A stretch of DNA of 64,000 bases from Chrysomallon squamiferum (taxonomy: Eukaryota; Animalia; Mollusca): positions 22,506,001-22,570,000 of the forward strand of contig CM022677.1 in assembly GCA_012295275.1 (NCBI GenBank), given 5' to 3'. Both the position numbers and the translations under genes were made by a program. Position 1 is the first letter of the stretch. Each line of letters begins with the position of its first letter. The notes below the pieces were generated by a model. It was not told where the DNA came from, made no database searches, and saw only the letters and a program-made list of their open reading frames with translations. This document shows positions 22,275-64,000 of this stretch, piece by piece.

Positions 22275-23010
22275 AGGCATCCTCAGGAATCAAATATTGT
22301 TTAACTATTTTAATTTATTTAAATTAAATTGTACATTCTTCTGTGAGTACTTTTGACAATTTGTATAATTTTCTTAGATGTGTATGTGTGTTTGTGAGTT
22401 TGTAAAATAAATAAATAAGTAAATAATGATAATTAATTTTAAAAAAGAAAATAAATGGCAGGAAAGAAAAATTAAGTGATGATGATAATGACAATCATAA
22501 TGATATTGATGACGATGATGATGATGATGATGATGTTGATGTTGATCATGACGATAATAATAATAAAGGTAAAATTAAAATCTGGAATAAAAAAGTAAAA
22601 GAAATTAAAACAAATTAATCAATCCATTTATGATAATAGTTTTAACAAAATATTATCATTAAACAAAATTTAATTAATATTTTCAGACAAACAAACAAAT
22701 AAATAAATAAATAAATAAATGGCCATCTAAGTAAGTAAGTAAACAAACAAACAAATAAATAAATACTGCAACAAAACATTAAAATAAATAACAATTTGAA
22801 CTGTAGTATTATTTTTATAATGAAGAGACTTTCACATAGGTTAATTTCTAAGATACAGATCTGTGGATATATATATATATATATATATTGATATATATTT
22901 GATTTGATTTCTAGTCCTAGTTAGTTTCATACCTCATATTTAAAAGTGATGACATCTGAATATTCACAATGAATAGAGACGATGCAACAGAGATTTATTT
23001 ATTTATTTAC

Positions 23011-23125
<115 letters not shown>

Positions 23126-23176
23126 TTTGTCAAAACTACTCAAATCAATCATTAATAAATTAATTTATTTCTACTG

Positions 23177-23207
<31 letters not shown>

Positions 23208-24204
23208 AAAAAATGATCTAAGTTTAGGAATTCATAAAAATTAAAAGAATATATTTTTTGTGTTGTTATGTTTTGTTTTTTGTTTTATTTTTGAAATTTC
23301 AACAATTCTAACAGTATTATTAACTCTATTTGAAACTGTGTATAAAGACCACTTGGTCTGTATAAGAAGGTGCAACTGGAGATAACTGGTATATAACTGG
23401 TATATATATTTACTTTATATAAAACTGGAACAGAAACATTCAGTCATGTTTAGTTTTGTAAATTACAGTGTTTACCTCTGTGCTGACAAAGATGTTTTTT
23501 TAAATAAACACTCACCTCACCTGTTTGTTGAATTCTTGTTTATCTTTCCCTGCGATTGGTCAGACTGATGTCATGTGATTTAAAACTGCTTTCTGATTGG
23601 TTGTTTCACCTCAAGACAAACAAGTAGATGTCTACCTACAAAATACAGATAGTTAAATGGCAGTTTGTTTTGAGAAGCAAACAGAAGTTTGATAAAGTTA
23701 AATAAAAATAATAAAATAATATGTTTGTTTCCAGTCGACTTTATGAAGAAAAGTTTGGATTTTCAAAACGAGTGAAAATATTAAACACTGTCTCTGTGTA
23801 GATCAGGCTTCAGATTTTGTTTGTTTTTTATGTTTTTGTTTTTATTTGGGGTTTTTATGTTTTTGTTTTTGTTTGTTTGATAAAAATGTGTGGGATGAAA
23901 TAGTGGGTAATTTGTTACATATGTAAGTACACACGTACATACATACACACATACATACATACATACACACACACATACACACATACATACATACACACGT
24001 ACATACATACATACATACATACATACATACACACACACATACATACACACATACATACATACATACATACATACATACATACATACATACATACATACAC
24101 ACACACATACACACATACATACATACATACATACATACATACACACATACATACATACATACATACATACATACACACACACATACATACATACATACAT
24201 ACAT

Positions 24205-24235
<31 letters not shown>

Positions 24236-24256
24236 TACATACATACATACATACAT

Positions 24257-24309
<53 letters not shown>

Positions 24310-25224
24310 TACATACATACATACATACACGTGTGGTGTGTATATATATATATATATATATATTTATTTATGTAGACATACACACAGATATTGTCTAATA
24401 CGACATACATAAAACAACAGAATATGCATTCCTAAAATATACATAAACATAAACACAAGCAACACAAACACAAGTGTACTAATAAAACAACACAACACAA
24501 ACACACAACACATATACATACACTGACACAAAACACAAAGAAACACACTTCTGTGAGTTGTTTATGTGTGTACGTGTAATAACTGATAACACACTGTGAA
24601 CTGGTTAAATATTTTGTCTTTTCATGTGATTTTAGTTTTTCCTTTGAATGTAATAAATGTTATAATTCTTTACTCAGTGTCCTTTATTTGTTATTGTTAT
24701 CATCAATGTTCATATTGTTACTATTACTATTTTTATTATTGTTATTTTTATTATTATTATCTTGATTATTATTATTATTATTGTAGTTACCATTATTATT
24801 ACTATTATTATTATTACATTTTTATTATTTTATTATTACTACTATTAATATTAGTATTATTATTATTACTATTATTATTACTGTTATTATTATTATTACT
24901 ATTATTAATTTATTTTCTGTTTTGCTACAGCAACATAATCTTCTCATCCACAAATTTCTTACAAAGTAATAATAATAATAGTAGCAGTAGTAGCTGTCCT
25001 GGTAGCTGTAGCAGACGTCATGGTGGTAGTAGTGTGTTGTGGTGGTGTGATGTAGTTGTAATAGTAGAGTTAAAAATAGCAGTAGCAACACGTAATATTA
25101 CAGTAGTATTAGCAGCAGCAGAAGTAATAATAATGATGATGATGATAATAATAATAATAATATAATGATAATGATAATAATAATAATAGTAATAATAAAA
25201 TAATAATAATAACAGTAATAATAA

Positions 25225-25332
25225 TAATGATAATTTCATTGCTGTTATTCATCAATGGAAAATAACTCCAACTAGCAGAAATGTGAAATTCTGGAATTAA
25301 TTCCCTTGTCTGTAAAAGTTGTTACAAAGTTA
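25225..25332 (-). mobile_element. Short dispersed repeat (non-autonomous element fragment), copy 2, inverted
   Basis: Reverse complement of 15970-16080, with the AAT microsatellite on the corresponding side. Confidence 0.6.
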
Positions 25333-25631
25333 GGTACTGAAAATACGTAAAAAAAAAAAAAAAAAAAAAAATATATATAAAAACAAAAAAATATCCCTTT
25401 CTTCTCCACAAAATGTTTTATAAATTCTGTTCCATTACTTTTCTTAAGTGTATCCAGACACCCATTTTGGCGAACTCCTTAGGTTTTGGAAGTAATTAAG
25501 CCGATACATTGGGAGATTTTTATCCTAAACATTTGTTAAATATTTAAAAGTTGACTCCTCTATATTTTGAACATTCCTGTTTTCATGTTTTTACATTTAG
25601 GACCAAAATTTAAATAAACTTATTGAACTGA

Positions 25632-25676
<45 letters not shown>

Positions 25677-26597
25677 TTACACCAGCCTCCATTAACACTA
25701 TTTATTTTCTTTCTGTATTTTTTGTTTCCTAAATCATTTTCATAAAACAAAAAACTATATTAACAACAGCACCATCAATTTTAAAATACGTACATGTTTA
25801 AAATAAACTAATAACTAATTAAAAATAATAAATAAATAAATATTACTTACGTCATTGTGTGCTCTGTTCACAACACGATACCAGGGAACTTACGTCATTA
25901 ATTTATGGTCTTACGTTCAAAACAGACAGACATCTTTGAAATAATTTTTGTGTTCAGCAGCCTAAGTTAAACAACATCATTTATAACGATGAAGAGGTAA
26001 ATTTGACATCTATGTCTTTCTTATTTAGTATCTAGGTTAATTAAGCTGTTGATTTAACAGTAATAGCAGTCCCTACATATTTACGTAACTGTACCTAGGA
26101 AACGGCGGTACGATTTCCACACTCAACAATGGAAACTTAATATTATATTCTGGCAGTGTCTGTTTCCTAGTATAAAATTATTTTTAATTTTCAGATTGTC
26201 TATTTGAATGAATTACAAAAATAAACTTAAACTGACACATCAATGACGTCATCTTTTCTTTAGTGACGTTGTAATGTCGAGACCTGTTGTATTTGTAATA
26301 TTCACGGTCCTCAAGCAGACTGATGTCTCATAACCTCTTTTCGAACTGATAAAATTAGGACCGGACTTAAAGTTAATTTAATTTATATTTAAATGTTTGT
26401 TTTTGTTTTATTCTTAATTAACTATCTGAATATATTGTTGCTGCCTATGATACCAGCGAACTCGTTAAATGGCCGAGCTAAAGGAATGTAAATGACAAGG
26501 ACTAGAGAAAAAAACGACGAAGATTTATTTCTAGAACAAGCGATAACTCGGGCTAGATGGTTTAGAGACTTGGAAGAAATAAATGAATAGCTCAGAT

Positions 26598-26635
<38 letters not shown>

Positions 26636-26705
26636 TAGGGTTTTTTCTCGGACGTTTTACACATTTTCTTCTTCCATAAACTCCTACTTATTCCTTTTAT
26701 ATACA

Positions 26706-26783
<78 letters not shown>

Positions 26784-27041
26784 CTTTCCAACTCTCTGTC
26801 TCTTATTCAGTCGATGTGTATTTTTGAGAGTCAAATGATTCATCGCGACGTAAGTAAAGCAATGTTTCATAATGTAAACACAGTCAGATATATTTCATTC
26901 AAGGTCCAAACTGACGCAGTATGTTTTGTTTATTATGTCGATTACCCGAGAAGTCACAAAGTCGCTGCCTACATCTTACTGGCCTGCTTGTTCATTTAGA
27001 GAAATAATGTGTGTGTGTGCATGCGTGTGTGTGTGTATGTA

Positions 27042-27096
<55 letters not shown>

Positions 27097-27599
27097 GTTT
27101 ATATTTACATATGTGTCTGTATGTGTGGTTATATGTACACGTACACACACGCACACACACGCGCACATACGTATATATGAGTGCATGTATGAATGTTTAC
27201 TTGTATGTATAGATGGACGGATGGATGGAAGGTTGTATAAGCTGTAAAAGGTATGTAGCTGCTTATGAATTTCATTTCTGTTTTTAATCGTTATTTCGAA
27301 TTCAGAAGTGAAATAACAACAACAGTAATCAAAGGGAGTTAATGCACGCGAGAAAGACTTTGATATAATTTGATATAACATTTAATATAATTACCATGCA
27401 CCTAAAACAGAAAGTAGGGTTTCAATGTAAATTCTAGGAAGAAGAAAACAAACACCGCCCCTTTCTCGGAATGGGAGGATAACGATAAAATTTCTTCGAA
27501 ATCAGATAATCCTCTGCTGTCATATATATCATACTGTACTGATAATTAATTGTCTTGTCAATTAGTAAATTTCTACAATTAATTATTACGTAAAATTAA

Positions 27600-27761
27600 A
27601 GTAAATCGTGTTTTCGAAACGTAGTGCGCACCCAGCCGTGGAGCCTACCACACGGATAAAGCAATATGGCGTCCGAGAGTGGAATTCGTTAGGCCGGCTT
27701 GAGGATTGTAAGTCTATTTCTGCGAGAAGTGGTTGTGCATTTTATATGACACATTATCAGA
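27600..27761 (+). promoter_or_regulatory. Putative VPS13 promoter / 5' UTR
   Basis: Locally CpG-rich, non-repetitive segment just before the ATG, with a YY1-like AATATGGCG at 27663-27671. Confidence 0.5.
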
Positions 27762-63971
<36,210 letters not shown>

Positions 63972-64000
63972 GTGAAGAAAAAAACAATATTATTATTATT

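Noticed and set aside
27708-27760. Possible 53-nt 5' UTR intron (GTAAGT...ATCAG) before the VPS13 ATG
   Set aside because: Very short with a weak pyrimidine tract; cannot be supported without transcripts.

Overview
AT-rich, microsatellite-saturated animal genomic DNA. An invertebrate, possibly a mollusc, is a guess from composition only. Almost all ORFs in the supplied track are translations of simple repeats. Two spliced + strand genes can be rebuilt by hand from GT-AG boundaries and reading phase. (1) An 11-beta-hydroxysteroid dehydrogenase 1-like SDR gene (HSD11B1L-like, 6 coding exons, 15297-22002). (2) The 5' ~45 exons (roughly 1,780 codons) of a VPS13A/C-type lipid-transfer gene, from ATG 27762 and running off the window end. 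The most striking feature is that about 17 exon borders of these genes are themselves duplicated or tandemly amplified (2 to ~20 copies). Each unit carries the splice site, usually with a piece of the exon. Donor arrays run downstream of the real exon and acceptor arrays run upstream of it. Two arrays have 48-bp stop-free units that offer extra in-frame donors. Four exons in or next to such repeats look scrambled with the repeat consensus, and one exon has a +1 frameshift, so assembly or polishing error must be excluded. No RNA genes, CRISPR arrays or coding transposons were recognised.
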